DNA of 64,000 nucleotides. It comes from Candidatus Omnitrophota bacterium (GTDB lineage: Bacteria > Omnitrophota > Gorgyraeia > Zapsychrales > Zapsychraceae). The stretch's first letter is position 1; each line of letters starts with the position of its first letter. The stretch spans positions 55,051 through 119,050 of the forward strand of contig DATDQB010000017.1 in assembly GCA_035292445.1 (NCBI GenBank). Direction: 5' to 3'. Position numbers and translations under genes: made by a program. The notes under the pieces are model-generated. The model saw nothing but the letters and a program-made list of their open reading frames with translations. It did no database searches and was not told where the DNA came from. Below, in pieces: positions 28,861-39,111 of this stretch.

Positions 28861-30109
28861 TTTTAGATATAAAAATAAAGAGTTGCACTGCGAAGACGTT
28901 GCCGTAAGCCGCATCGCGCAAGAGGTGGGCACGCCGTTTTATCTCTACAGCCACCACACGCTCGTGGACCATTTCACCAAGATCCAACGCGCTTTTGCGC
29001 AGGTCAAGCCGCTCATCTGCTTTGCCATGAAATCGAACGACAACTTGGCCGTCATTAAAACGTTGGTCGGCCTGGGGGCGGGGCTCGATATCGTCTCCGT
29101 TGGGGAGCTCAAGAAAGCGCAAATGGTGAACGCGGATGCGAGAAAGATCGTCTTTGCCTCCGTAGGCAAAACGGCAGAAGAGATCTCCTATGCCATCGAA
29201 TCCGATATTTTATTTTTCAACGTGGAATCGCTGCCGGAGTTGGAGGAGATCAACCGTATCGCGACGAATTTGAAAAAAAGGACCCAGGCGGCACTGCGCA
29301 TTAACCCTGATGTGGCGGCACCGACGCATGCCAAGATCATCACAGGAACTTTAAAAAATAAGTTCGGCATCGATCTTAAAACAGCGCGGACCATGCTGCT
29401 CAACCAAAAAAAATATCCGTCTGTGCGCATCAGCGGCCTGCATGTGCATATCGGCTCGCAGATCACGACCAAGCAGCCCTTTATCAGCGCCATGAAAAAA
29501 GTGGTCGCTTTTATCGATGAACTGAAAAAAGACGGCGTCCGGTTGGAATACTTGGATATCGGTGGAGGCCTGGCCGCGATCTATAAGGACGAGAAGGTGC
29601 AAACGGCCCAGGATTTTGCCGATGCCATTCTGCCGTATTTGGAAAAGACGGGCCTTAAGATCATTATGGAGCCGGGGCGGTTTATCGTTTGCAACGCCGG
29701 TATTTTCGTGAGCAAAGTACTGTATCTTAAAGACAACGGATTGAAAAAATTCCTTATCGTTGACGGCGGGATGAACGACCTGATCCGCCCGTCGTTGTAC
29801 GACGCCTATCATGACATCTGGCCGGTCAGAAAAACGAACGCAAAGCCGATGAAGGTCGACGTGGTCGGCCCCATTTGCGAAAGCGGCGATTTTTTCGCTA
29901 AGGACCGCTATCTGCCGCCGATCAGGCCGGGAGAGCTCTTGGCCGTCATGGGCGCCGGCGCTTATGGGTATGTGATGGCCAGCAATTACAACGTTCGCGG
30001 ACGAGTACCCGAAGTGATGGTCAAAGGCGACCACTACGAAATCACGAAGCCCAGAGAAACGTTTGAAGATTTGGTCCGAGGCGAAAGGATCCCCTCATTC
30101 CTAAAATGA
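28853..30109 (+). CDS. lysA: diaminopimelate decarboxylase
   Basis: 418 aa with ..FAMKSN.. PLP-Lys and the C-terminal ..CESGD.. motif. Confidence 0.9.
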   Translation: MHDFRYKNKELHCEDVAVSRIAQEVGTPFYLYSHHTLVDHFTKIQRAFAQVKPLICFAMKSNDNLAVIKTLVGLGAGLDIVSVGELKKAQMVNADARKIVFASVGKTAEEISYAIESDILFFNVESLPELEEINRIATNLKKRTQAALRINPDVAAPTHAKIITGTLKNKFGIDLKTARTMLLNQKKYPSVRISGLHVHIGSQITTKQPFISAMKKVVAFIDELKKDGVRLEYLDIGGGLAAIYKDEKVQTAQDFADAILPYLEKTGLKIIMEPGRFIVCNAGIFVSKVLYLKDNGLKKFLIVDGGMNDLIRPSLYDAYHDIWPVRKTNAKPMKVDVVGPICESGDFFAKDRYLPPIRPGELLAVMGAGAYGYVMASNYNVRGRVPEVMVKGDHYEITKPRETFEDLVRGERIPSFLK

Positions 30110-30930
30110 AAAAAATAAACTTTACAAAAATGGCCGGAGCGGGAAATGACTTTTTAGTTATAGCATCTGTCCCTAAAGGCGTGAATCTGAAAAAATTGGC
30201 CAGCAAAGCCTGCGACCGTACCAACGGCGTGGGCGCGGATGGGCTGTTGCTTCTTCAAAGATCCAAAAAGGCCGATTACAAAATGCGCATCATTAACGCC
30301 GACGGTTCCGAGGCGGAGATGTGCGGCAACGGCGCCCGCTGCATGGCGGCTTACATTGTCGCCGATAGAAAGCCAAAAAAGAAGATCTTTGCGATGGAAA
30401 CGCTCGCCGGGATCATCCAGGCCCAGGCTCAAGACGAGATGGCCACCGTAACGCTGAGCGACCCCAAAGATTACCGGGCCAACATCACGTTGGACCTGAA
30501 TGGAAAAAAGCTAAGCGTCAGTTATATCGACACCGGCGTTCCCCACGCCGTCGTCTATGTGCATGATCTGGAAAAAATCGACGTTACCAACATCGGCCCG
30601 TCCATTCGTCACCATAACCATTTTCAGCCACGGGGAACAAATGTTGACTTTGTACAGATAATCCGTCATAATTTGGTCGATTGCCGGACATATGAAAGAG
30701 GCGTAGAGGATGAAACCAAAGCCTGCGGGACAGGAAGTGTCGCCGCGGCGCTTATATCCTATTTACGCGCCAATCCGTCGGTCCATAACGTCAAAAAAGC
30801 CGAAATGAGCGTCAAAACAAAAAGCGGGGAAATCCTGAAAGTGACCTTCGACATCACCAAAGGACGTTTGCATAACGTTCAATTAAAGGGAAGCGCCAAA
30901 TTCATAGCGAGGGGGGAATACTATGTTTAG
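30106..30930 (+). CDS. dapF: diaminopimelate epimerase
   Basis: ..MCGNGARC.. catalytic Cys motifs. Confidence 0.9.
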   Translation: MKKINFTKMAGAGNDFLVIASVPKGVNLKKLASKACDRTNGVGADGLLLLQRSKKADYKMRIINADGSEAEMCGNGARCMAAYIVADRKPKKKIFAMETLAGIIQAQAQDEMATVTLSDPKDYRANITLDLNGKKLSVSYIDTGVPHAVVYVHDLEKIDVTNIGPSIRHHNHFQPRGTNVDFVQIIRHNLVDCRTYERGVEDETKACGTGSVAAALISYLRANPSVHNVKKAEMSVKTKSGEILKVTFDITKGRLHNVQLKGSAKFIARGEYYV

Positions 30931-31813
30931 TGGATCCATCGTAGCGCTAGTCACACCATTTAAAAATGACCGTGTTGATGAAAAAAAACTGAAAGAGTTG
31001 GTTGAATTTCATGTCAAGAACGGAACCAACGGTATCGTCCCTTGCGGAACGACGGGCGAATCCCCGACGCTTTCCCATGAAGAACACGACCGGGTCGTAG
31101 AGATCACTATCCAAGCGGCCGCCGGACGCATTCCCGTCATTGCCGGGACCGGATCCAATTCGACGGCGGAAGCGATCACCTTGACCAAACACGCAGCTAA
31201 AGCCGGCGCCAACGGGGCGTTGGTTGTGACCCCTTACTACAATAAACCGATGCAGCGCGGATTATATCTTCACTTTAAGGCCGTTGCCGACTCGGTGAAG
31301 ATCCCGATCGTTCTCTACAACATCGAAGGCCGCACGGCCAGGAATATCGAAACGGAAACGATCGTCAAACTACATAAAGACTGCAAAAATATTATCGGCG
31401 TCAAAGAAGCTTCAGGTTCTCTCAAGCAGGCGCGGGAAGTGAAAGAGGCCTGTGGCAAAAACTTCGTTTTACTCTCCGGTGACGATGCGCTCACGCTGGA
31501 TATGATGGAATTCGGCGGGGCCGGCGTCATTTCCGTTGTCGCTAACATCGTTCCTCAAGATGTGGCCGCCATGGTCAAAGCCTTTAAAGGCGGCGATAAA
31601 GCAAAGGCGCGTCAGATCAACGAAAGATTAAAGCCGCTCGTGGCTGCCATGTTTATCGAGACCAATCCCGTTCCCGTCAAAAAGGCGGTGGAACTATTAG
31701 GTATGTGCAGCGGCGAGCTTCGCCTGCCTTTGTGCGAGATGGAAGAGCGCAACGTTGAACGCCTCAAATCAGCCCTCGAACAATACGGACTCCTGACAAC
31801 CGCGAAAGGATAA
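30923..31813 (+). CDS. dapA: 4-hydroxy-tetrahydrodipicolinate synthase
   Basis: ..VPCGTTGES.., Lys in ..GVKEASG.. Confidence 0.9.
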   Translation: MFSGSIVALVTPFKNDRVDEKKLKELVEFHVKNGTNGIVPCGTTGESPTLSHEEHDRVVEITIQAAAGRIPVIAGTGSNSTAEAITLTKHAAKAGANGALVVTPYYNKPMQRGLYLHFKAVADSVKIPIVLYNIEGRTARNIETETIVKLHKDCKNIIGVKEASGSLKQAREVKEACGKNFVLLSGDDALTLDMMEFGGAGVISVVANIVPQDVAAMVKAFKGGDKAKARQINERLKPLVAAMFIETNPVPVKKAVELLGMCSGELRLPLCEMEERNVERLKSALEQYGLLTTAKG

Positions 31814-31815
31814 TC

Positions 31816-32544
31816 ATGGTGAAATTAGCCATCAGCGGCGCCCAAGGCCGCATGGGCCAGACCATTGCTAACCTGGCTGCCAAAGACAAAACAAACTTTC
31901 AGCTGGCAGCCCTTCTTGAACACAAAAACCATCCTAAAGCCAACGAAAAGGTCGTGGGGATCTCCGTCAGCACGGATAATAACGCTATCAAAGGCTGCGA
32001 TTGTTTGATCGAATTCACTTTGCCCGAGGCGACCATCGCCAATCTCGAAGCTTGCCTGCGGCACAGGGTCAAGATGGTGATCGGGACAACCGGGCTCAAC
32101 GAGCAACAAGAAAAAATAATCGGGGACGCTTCCCGGAAGATCCCTATTGTGTACGCCTCCAACATGTCGATCGGCGTGAACACATTATTTAAGCTCATCG
32201 AGATCTCTGGCAAAAGCCTTCAAGGGTTGACGGATATTTATATCGGTGAGACGCACCATATCCACAAAAAGGACAAACCTTCCGGCACGGCCAAGACGAT
32301 GAAAAAGATCGCCGAAGCCACCTCGCGACGCGAAGTCCGTTTTGATGAAAAAAACGTCAAACGCGAGGGAGAGGTCGTCGGCTATCACGAAATCACTTTT
32401 GAAACGGAATTCGATACGCTCAAGATAACCCACAACGCCAAAGACCGCAGCATGTTCGCCCTCGGAGCGCTTCAGGCCGCCAAATTCCTCAAGGATAAAA
32501 AAAGCGGCTTGTTCAACATGCAAGACGTCTTGGGATTGAAATAA
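31816..32544 (+). CDS. dapB: 4-hydroxy-tetrahydrodipicolinate reductase
   Basis: 242 aa with ..ISGAQGRMG.. and E(T)HHxxKxDxPSGTA. Confidence 0.85.
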   Translation: MVKLAISGAQGRMGQTIANLAAKDKTNFQLAALLEHKNHPKANEKVVGISVSTDNNAIKGCDCLIEFTLPEATIANLEACLRHRVKMVIGTTGLNEQQEKIIGDASRKIPIVYASNMSIGVNTLFKLIEISGKSLQGLTDIYIGETHHIHKKDKPSGTAKTMKKIAEATSRREVRFDEKNVKREGEVVGYHEITFETEFDTLKITHNAKDRSMFALGALQAAKFLKDKKSGLFNMQDVLGLK

Positions 32545-32566
32545 CTTCAACGAGAAAGGAACATCC

Positions 32567-33733
32567 ATGTCGGTGCCGATAGAATTTTCCGAACGGTTAA
32601 AGGCCTTGCCGCCTTATTTATTCCTGGAGATCGACCGGGCCAAGCGCGCCGCGATCGCCGAAGGCCGTGACGTGATCAACTTAGGCGTCGGGGACCCGGA
32701 TCTGCCCACGCCGGCCCATATCATTGACGCCATGAAAAAAGCGCTGGAAGACGGCAACAACCATCATTATGCTTTTGATTCCGGCTTACCGGCGTTAAAA
32801 CAAGAAATCGCCAAATGGTTCCAAGGCCGGTTCAACGTAAGTATAGACCCTAATTCAGAGATCTATCCTCTCATCGGCTCCAAAGAGGGACTGGCGCATT
32901 TGCCGTTGGGTATCATCAATCCCAAAGATAAGGTCCTTTTGACTGATCCGGCTTATCCGGCATATCGGCCCACGATCCAGTTTGCCGGCGGTAGAATAAT
33001 CGATCTACCGATGAAAGAACGAAACGGCTGGCTTCCGGAGTTAAAAAAGCTTGAAGAATCCAAAGACATTAAAATGATCGTCATCAACTATCCGAATAAC
33101 CCGACTGCCGGGGTGGCCACCAAAGAATTTTATGAAACCCTTGTGCGCCTCTGCCGGGAGAAAGGGATCATCATCGTCTCCGACATGGCCTATTCGGAGG
33201 TCTATTTTGACGGGCAGAAACCCATCAGCATCCTGGAGATCGAAGGCGCGAAGGAAGTCGCCATTGAATTCCATTCCTTCTCTAAAACATACTACATGAC
33301 CGGCTGGCGCATCGGCTGGGCCTGCGGCAACCCGACGTTAGTCGCGGCTTTAGGGAAAGTCAAATCTAACTACGATTCCGGTGTTTTCCAAGCTGTTCAA
33401 GTGGCCGCGATTAAAGCCCTTCATAGCGACCCGTCCGTCACCAACAACATGCGTGCGCTCTTTCAGGAACGCCGCGACTATATGATCAACGGCTTGCGCA
33501 GTTTGGGCTGGAAGATCCCTCCCCCCAAAGCCTCCTTTTACGTTTGGGCCAAGATCCCTAAAGGGTTCAGCTCATCGATGGAAACGGCCCAAGCATTCCT
33601 TGATAAAGCCGATATCGTTATTACACCGGGCAATGGTTTTGGAAAAGGGGGAGAGGGCTATGTCCGCATGACCCTGACCGTGCCGAAAGAAAGAATCAAC
33701 GAAGCTGTCGAACGTTTAAGAAAGGTTTTGTAA
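32567..33733 (+). CDS. dapL: LL-diaminopimelate aminotransferase
   Basis: ..LPPYLFLEIDR..INLGVGDPD.. signature. Sits in the dap context. Confidence 0.8.
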   Translation: MSVPIEFSERLKALPPYLFLEIDRAKRAAIAEGRDVINLGVGDPDLPTPAHIIDAMKKALEDGNNHHYAFDSGLPALKQEIAKWFQGRFNVSIDPNSEIYPLIGSKEGLAHLPLGIINPKDKVLLTDPAYPAYRPTIQFAGGRIIDLPMKERNGWLPELKKLEESKDIKMIVINYPNNPTAGVATKEFYETLVRLCREKGIIIVSDMAYSEVYFDGQKPISILEIEGAKEVAIEFHSFSKTYYMTGWRIGWACGNPTLVAALGKVKSNYDSGVFQAVQVAAIKALHSDPSVTNNMRALFQERRDYMINGLRSLGWKIPPPKASFYVWAKIPKGFSSSMETAQAFLDKADIVITPGNGFGKGGEGYVRMTLTVPKERINEAVERLRKVL

Positions 33734-33734
33734 C

Positions 33735-34163
33735 GTGGGCGTTTATCTTGGATTAGGCTCCAATCTGGGAAACCGTCAGGAAAACCTCACCAAAGCCATT
33801 GCGTTGCTGAAAGAAAAAGGCATAACGGTGCTGGCGCATTCCTCTGTTATTGAAACCGACCCCGTTGGCGGGCCGCCGCAGGGGAAGTATCTGAACGCCG
33901 TTATCCAGATCTCAACGCATCTTTCTGCCAACGAACTTTTATCCGTTTGCCAATCCGTTGAAAAACAAATGGGGCGCGTCAAAACGGTGCCCAACGGCCC
34001 CCGCACTATCGACATTGATATTTTGCTCTACGACAACGTTGTCCTGACGAGCGCATCGTTGACCATTCCGCACCCCCGCATGTTCGAACGCGCATTCGTG
34101 ATGATGCCTTTAAAAGAGATCGCGCCTCACATCAGCAAAGAACATTTTTATGCGAATCATTAA
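33735..34163 (+). CDS. folK: HPPK (2-amino-4-hydroxy-6-hydroxymethyldihydropteridine pyrophosphokinase), canonical copy; GTG start
   Basis: ..YLGLGSNLG.., ..RTIDIDILLY.., ..PHPRMFERAFV.. Confidence 0.85.
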   Translation: MGVYLGLGSNLGNRQENLTKAIALLKEKGITVLAHSSVIETDPVGGPPQGKYLNAVIQISTHLSANELLSVCQSVEKQMGRVKTVPNGPRTIDIDILLYDNVVLTSASLTIPHPRMFERAFVMMPLKEIAPHISKEHFYANH

Positions 34164-34998
34164 ATCCTCCCAACGCCTGCAGCGGATCGTCCGTCAGCTT
34201 AGAAAAAAAAATAAAACGATCGGATTTGTCCCTACGATGGGCGCGCTTCACGAAGGGCACCTATCGCTCATCCGCAAGGCCAAAAAAGAAAATGATATTT
34301 GCCTCTTGAGCATCTTCGTCAACCCGCTTCAGTTCGGCCCCCGAGAAGATTTCCATCATTACCCCCGCCCGGTACGCTCAGATAATTTGTTGGCAAAAAA
34401 AGAAAAAGTTGATATAATATTTCATCCGTCGGGAAAATCGATGTACCCTTCGGGCTTTTTGACAACCGTCGAGGTGGCGCAATTAAGCGATGCGTTATGC
34501 GGCCGCAGCCGGCCCGGGCACTTTCGCGGTGTCACGACGGTCGTGGCCAAGCTGCTTAATATCGTCGGACCCAATATTATGTATTTGGGACAGAAGGATG
34601 CGCAGCAGGCCATCATTTTAAAAAGAATGGTTGCAGATTTAAATTTTCCGACTACAATAAAAATATGTCCGACGGTAAGGGAAAAGGGCGGTTTGGCGCT
34701 AAGTTCGCGCAATAAGTATCTAACGGCCCGGCACCGTCAGCAAGCTGCCATTCTTTATCGATCTTTAAAAGAAGCCAAAGGGAAAATCAAAAGCGGGGAA
34801 CGACGCGCCACAGCCATCATCCGGCACATACGTTCCCGCATCGAAAAAATGAGCGCGGGGCGCATCGATTATGTGGCCTGCGTTGATGCGCGAACGCTGG
34901 TTCCACTTCAAACGATCAGAGGCCACGTGATGCTCGCGTTAGCCGTGAAGTTCGGTGAAGCCAGACTCATTGACAACATTATCTTTAAGGTTTCATGA
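34150..34998 (+). CDS. panC: pantoate--beta-alanine ligase
   Basis: ..PTMGALHEGHLSL.. HIGH motif. Confidence 0.9.
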   Translation: MRIIKSSQRLQRIVRQLRKKNKTIGFVPTMGALHEGHLSLIRKAKKENDICLLSIFVNPLQFGPREDFHHYPRPVRSDNLLAKKEKVDIIFHPSGKSMYPSGFLTTVEVAQLSDALCGRSRPGHFRGVTTVVAKLLNIVGPNIMYLGQKDAQQAIILKRMVADLNFPTTIKICPTVREKGGLALSSRNKYLTARHRQQAAILYRSLKEAKGKIKSGERRATAIIRHIRSRIEKMSAGRIDYVACVDARTLVPLQTIRGHVMLALAVKFGEARLIDNIIFKVS

Positions 34999-35831
34999 AG
35001 TCACCAAATTACCGGGTTAAAATCGGCATCGTTGGATGTGGCGCCATCGGCTCAAGAATGGCCCGAACGATCCACCGCGACTTCAAGAAAGATTGCCGGT
35101 TGGTCGGCCTTTATGACATTAAACCGTGGAAGGTCAAAGAATTAGCCCGAACACTTTCGCTGAAAGTCGATCCCAATATTAGCTTGAAAGAACTTATAAA
35201 AAAGAGCGATTGCATGATCGAAGCCGTCAACGCCCCCACGACGCGCCCCATTATTGAAGCATCTTTAAAGGCCGGAAAAACCATTTTGGCCATGAGTGTC
35301 GGCAAGCTCCTCAAACATCCTGATCTTTTTAAGTTGGCCAGAAAAAAGAAATGCTATATTCTCTTGCCCTCCGGGGCCATTGCCGGAGTGGATGCGATCA
35401 AAGCCGCCAGCTTAGGCAAAATCAATAAGATCACCCTGACCACCCGAAAACCTCCTGCGGGGCTCATCAACAATCCTTATCTCATGAGACGAGGGATCAA
35501 CCTATCAAAAATCAAAAAAGAAACAGTTCTTTACGATGGCGGCGTGGACAAGGCCGTCAAAAATTTTCCGCAAAACATCAATGTCGCCGCTACGATCGCG
35601 CTGGCTTCCCAGATCCGAAAAAATAAAAGTAAGATCCGCATCCGAATCTTAACGTCTCCCCACTATAAAAAAAACATCCACGAGGTGACTGTCGAAGGGG
35701 ATTTCGGCCGTATCCACACACGCACGGAAAACGTTGCCTGCCCGGATAATCCTAAAACCAGTTACCTCGCAGCTCTCTCCGGGTTGCAAACACTTAAGCA
35801 ATTCTGCACCGGCATTGTTATTGGGACATGA
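34995..35831 (+). CDS. L-aspartate dehydrogenase-like (NadX family)
   Basis: ..KIGIVGCGAIGS.. NAD-binding N-terminus and a DUF108-like C-terminus. Confidence 0.55.
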   Translation: MKSPNYRVKIGIVGCGAIGSRMARTIHRDFKKDCRLVGLYDIKPWKVKELARTLSLKVDPNISLKELIKKSDCMIEAVNAPTTRPIIEASLKAGKTILAMSVGKLLKHPDLFKLARKKKCYILLPSGAIAGVDAIKAASLGKINKITLTTRKPPAGLINNPYLMRRGINLSKIKKETVLYDGGVDKAVKNFPQNINVAATIALASQIRKNKSKIRIRILTSPHYKKNIHEVTVEGDFGRIHTRTENVACPDNPKTSYLAALSGLQTLKQFCTGIVIGT

Positions 35832-35860
35832 TTTTAAAAAAATGGAAAGGAGGTGACACC

Positions 35861-36118
35861 ATGGCAGAAAAAGTCGCTAAGGTAGGTATCAAAAAGCAAA
35901 AAGGATACCTCTATTTCGTTGACAAGAAAGGCGACATTTCTTGTGCAAAGATGGCTCGAGGCAGCAAAAAGGGGGGTTCCCCCAAGAAAGTTGCCAAAGT
36001 CGGCATCAAGAAGAAAGCTGGTTTTCTTTACTTCATCGACAAACGCGGAGACATCTCCTGCGCAAAAATGGTTCGCGGCGGTAAGAAAAAAAAGAGAAAA
36101 GCCAAAAAAAGAAAATAA
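35861..36118 (+). CDS. small lysine-rich protein with two tandem ~38-aa repeats (KVAKVGIKKxKGxLYFxDKxGDISCAKMxRG) and a poly-K tail
   Basis: Start chosen at MAEKV after SD aaggagg. Both repeats are conserved at DNA and protein level; very basic. Confidence 0.6.
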   Translation: MAEKVAKVGIKKQKGYLYFVDKKGDISCAKMARGSKKGGSPKKVAKVGIKKKAGFLYFIDKRGDISCAKMVRGGKKKKRKAKKRK

Positions 36119-36142
36119 AGCTGGCTTTTGCACGATCAATAT

Positions 36143-36186
36143 AAAACGGCCCTTTTACGAACAATCGTATAAGGGCCGTTTTAATT
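36143..36186 (+). terminator. intrinsic terminator (long bulged hairpin aacggccctt..aagggccgtt followed by ttaatt)
   Basis: Direct reading. Confidence 0.6.
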
Positions 36187-36191
36187 AAATA

Positions 36192-36220
36192 TTGACGTTG
36201 CCCATCCTTTCCTCTATATT
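36192..36220 (+). promoter_or_regulatory. sigma70-type promoter TTGACG-N17-TATATT for uvrA
   Basis: Direct reading. Confidence 0.5.
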
Positions 36221-36264
36221 GAATCCCGATTCTTTTTCAACCATCCTTAAAACCGCAAACTGCC

Positions 36265-39063
36265 ATGAACAACGATTACATAACCATCAAAGGGGCGAAA
36301 GAGCATAACCTCAAGAACATAAGCCTGAAGATCCCGCGCAACCAGTTTGTCGTTGTCACCGGCTTGAGCGGCTCGGGCAAATCTTCCTTGGCCTTTGACA
36401 CCATTTACGCCGAAGGCCAGCGCCGTTACGTGGAAAGCCTTTCAGCCTACGCCCGTCAATTCCTGGAACAACTGCAAAAGCCCAATGTCGAGTCGATCGA
36501 AGGGCTCTCGCCGACGATCGCCATCGAACAAAAAACGACCAGCCGCAACCCACGCTCGACCGTTGCCACGCAGACAGAGATCTATGATTACCTTCGCCTT
36601 TTGTTCGCCCGCGTGGGCGATGCGCATTGTCCCCACTGCGGCAAAAGGATCGAAAGCCAATCGGCCGAACAGATCGTCAACCAGATACTCGGGCGTAAAG
36701 AAAGCACGCCCATCACATTATTGGCCCCTTTGATCAAAGGGAAAAAAGGCGAATACCGTCAGATCCCCCAGCAGATCGCCAAAGCCGGTTTCGTCCGTTA
36801 CCGCGCTGACGGCAAAATATATGATGTCCAACAGCCGTTAAAGCTGGATAAATATAAGATCCACAACATCGAAATCGTGGTCGACCGTTTGACCATTAAA
36901 CCCTCGATCAAGAAAAGGCTCACGGATTCGGTTGAAACCGCCCTGAAGATCGGAGGCGGCATCCTCTTGGTCAACTATGATAATGCCTCATCCGAAGAAA
37001 CCTTTAGCGAGAAGAATGTCTGTCCCAGTTGTTCCTTCAGCATCCCCGAGATCGAACCAAGGCTTTTTTCCTTTAACTCTCCTTACGGTGCCTGCCCGGG
37101 CTGCAACGGACTTGGAACACGCCAGGAGATCGACCCGGCCTTGCTCGTTCCGGATGAAACAAAAGCCTGGGTCAACGCCATAGCACCCGCCAAAAGAGGA
37201 CGAAGGGGATATCTCATGTATTACCGCGCGGTCATGCGGGAATTCGCTGATCTTTACGATACAGATCCCTACGTTCCTTATAATGAACTGAAAAAAGATT
37301 TCCGACAGAAAATCCTCTACGGCAGCAACGATGAGGTTTGGGGTAAACCTTACGAAGGGGCCATCCCCTACATGGAACGGATGTTCAAAGAAACCGACAG
37401 CGACTGGCTGAAAGACGAGATCAACCGGTACATGTCGGAGTTGCCTTGCCCGGCTTGCAATGGTGCCAGGTTAAAAAAAGAAGCCTTGTCGGTGAAAATC
37501 AATAAAACGAACATCAACGATGTCAGCCGCACCTCGATCAAAGATGCCAAAGCCTTCTTCGCCTCGCTTGAACTGACCAAGGAAAAAAAGAAGATCGCCC
37601 AGGAGATCCTGAAGGAGATCGCCCGCCGGCTGGATTTTTGCATCAACGTAGGCCTGGATTACCTGACGCTGGACCGTAAAAGCGCGACCCTTTCCGGCGG
37701 GGAGGCCGAACGGATCCGGCTGGCGACCCAGGTCGGTTCGGGTTTGGTCGGCGTCATTTATATCCTGGATGAGCCCAGCATCGGCCTTCACCAAAAAGAT
37801 AATGAAAGGCTTTTGACAACGCTGCACTCGTTGCGGGATTTGGGCAACACGCTGTTGGTCGTTGAGCATGATGAAACCACCATCCGCAAGGCCGATTACG
37901 TCATCGATCTGGGGCCCGGCGCCGGGGAACTCGGCGGGGAGGTCGTTTACGCGGGGCCTGTGGCCGGCATGCTCAAGTCTTCCAAGTCGCCGACAGGCAT
38001 GTATTTAAGCGGCAGAAAAACCATTCCCCTGCCGCCTCACAGGCGGCCCATCGATGGCGACAAACAATTAAAAATTTTCGGCGCCGAAGAAAATAACCTT
38101 AAAAAAATCGACGTGACCGTTCCCCTGGGCACTTTCACGTGCATCACCGGCGTATCCGGCTCAGGAAAATCGACGTTGGTGGATGAGGTCCTCTACAAAG
38201 GGCTGGCCCAAAAACTCTATCATTCCAAAGAAAAACCCGGTAAACATAAACGCATCGAAGGGTTGGAGCACATCGACAAAGTCATTGTGGTGGACCAGTC
38301 TCCGATCGGGCGCACGCCGCGCTCCAATCCGGCCACGTATACCGGCGTGTTCAGTTACGTCCGGGATTTATTTTGCCGGCTGCCGGAAGCGCGCATGCGC
38401 GGCTATAAACCGGGACGCTTCAGTTTTAACGTCAAAGGCGGCCGTTGTGAAACATGTAAAGGCGACGGTATCCTCAAGATCGAAATGCATTTCCTCCCGG
38501 ATGTTTACGTGGAATGCGAAACATGCCACGGTAAACGTTTTAACGAGCAAACCCTCCAGATACGCTATAAAGAAAAGAACATCGCTGAGATCCTCGATTG
38601 CTCTGTCATCGAAGCCATGGAGCTGTTTGCCAACATCCCCCGCATCAAACGTATCCTTGACACCATCAACGACGTCGGCCTGGGATACATCAAATTGGGG
38701 CAGTTCGCGACGACTCTTTCCGGGGGCGAAGCCCAACGCGTCAAATTGGCCAGCGAGTTATGCAAGACATCGACCGGAAAGACCCTGTATATCCTTGATG
38801 AACCCACCACGGGCTTGCATTTTGCCGATGTGGATAAATTATTGAGCGTCTTGCAGCGCCTCGTGGACAAAGGGAACACCGTGCTGGTGATCGAGCATAA
38901 CCTGGAAGTTATCAAGAACGCCGATTACATCATCGATCTGGGCCCCGAAGGTGGAGACAAGGGAGGGACTGTTGTCTTTGCCGGATCTCCAAAGGCTCTG
39001 ATCAGGAATAAAGCGTCCCATACCGCCCGTTATCTCAAACCTCTTTTAAAGGACGGCTCTTAA
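36265..39063 (+). CDS. uvrA: excinuclease ABC subunit A
   Basis: 932 aa with two ABC ATPase modules (GLSGSGKSS / GVSGSGKST) and zinc-finger Cys clusters. Confidence 0.95.
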   Translation: MNNDYITIKGAKEHNLKNISLKIPRNQFVVVTGLSGSGKSSLAFDTIYAEGQRRYVESLSAYARQFLEQLQKPNVESIEGLSPTIAIEQKTTSRNPRSTVATQTEIYDYLRLLFARVGDAHCPHCGKRIESQSAEQIVNQILGRKESTPITLLAPLIKGKKGEYRQIPQQIAKAGFVRYRADGKIYDVQQPLKLDKYKIHNIEIVVDRLTIKPSIKKRLTDSVETALKIGGGILLVNYDNASSEETFSEKNVCPSCSFSIPEIEPRLFSFNSPYGACPGCNGLGTRQEIDPALLVPDETKAWVNAIAPAKRGRRGYLMYYRAVMREFADLYDTDPYVPYNELKKDFRQKILYGSNDEVWGKPYEGAIPYMERMFKETDSDWLKDEINRYMSELPCPACNGARLKKEALSVKINKTNINDVSRTSIKDAKAFFASLELTKEKKKIAQEILKEIARRLDFCINVGLDYLTLDRKSATLSGGEAERIRLATQVGSGLVGVIYILDEPSIGLHQKDNERLLTTLHSLRDLGNTLLVVEHDETTIRKADYVIDLGPGAGELGGEVVYAGPVAGMLKSSKSPTGMYLSGRKTIPLPPHRRPIDGDKQLKIFGAEENNLKKIDVTVPLGTFTCITGVSGSGKSTLVDEVLYKGLAQKLYHSKEKPGKHKRIEGLEHIDKVIVVDQSPIGRTPRSNPATYTGVFSYVRDLFCRLPEARMRGYKPGRFSFNVKGGRCETCKGDGILKIEMHFLPDVYVECETCHGKRFNEQTLQIRYKEKNIAEILDCSVIEAMELFANIPRIKRILDTINDVGLGYIKLGQFATTLSGGEAQRVKLASELCKTSTGKTLYILDEPTTGLHFADVDKLLSVLQRLVDKGNTVLVIEHNLEVIKNADYIIDLGPEGGDKGGTVVFAGSPKALIRNKASHTARYLKPLLKDGS

Positions 39064-39077
39064 GCTTCTGTGCGAAA

Positions 39078-39105
39078 TTGCAAAAACAATCAAACCTGTT
39101 ATAAT
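39078..39105 (+). promoter_or_regulatory. sigma70-type promoter TTGCAA-N16-TATAAT; the predicted TSS falls at the ATG of the TPR gene (leaderless)
   Basis: The -10 ends 6 nt before ATGATG and there is no SD. The track ORF starting at 39070 overlaps this promoter. Confidence 0.5.
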
Positions 39106-39111
39106 AGGCGC

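Noticed and set aside
39070-39111. Upstream start MRNCKNNQTCYNRRM for the TPR protein
   Set aside because: It overlaps a consensus promoter and precedes the signal peptide, so the start was moved to ATGATG at 39112. Similar N-terminal trimming was applied to ORFs at 42150 (ExbD, GTG 42288), 52501 (pilin 3, ATG 52657), 12907 (reductase, ATG 12949), 22076 (argJ, GTG 22106) and 6435 (moaE fusion, ATG 6390).
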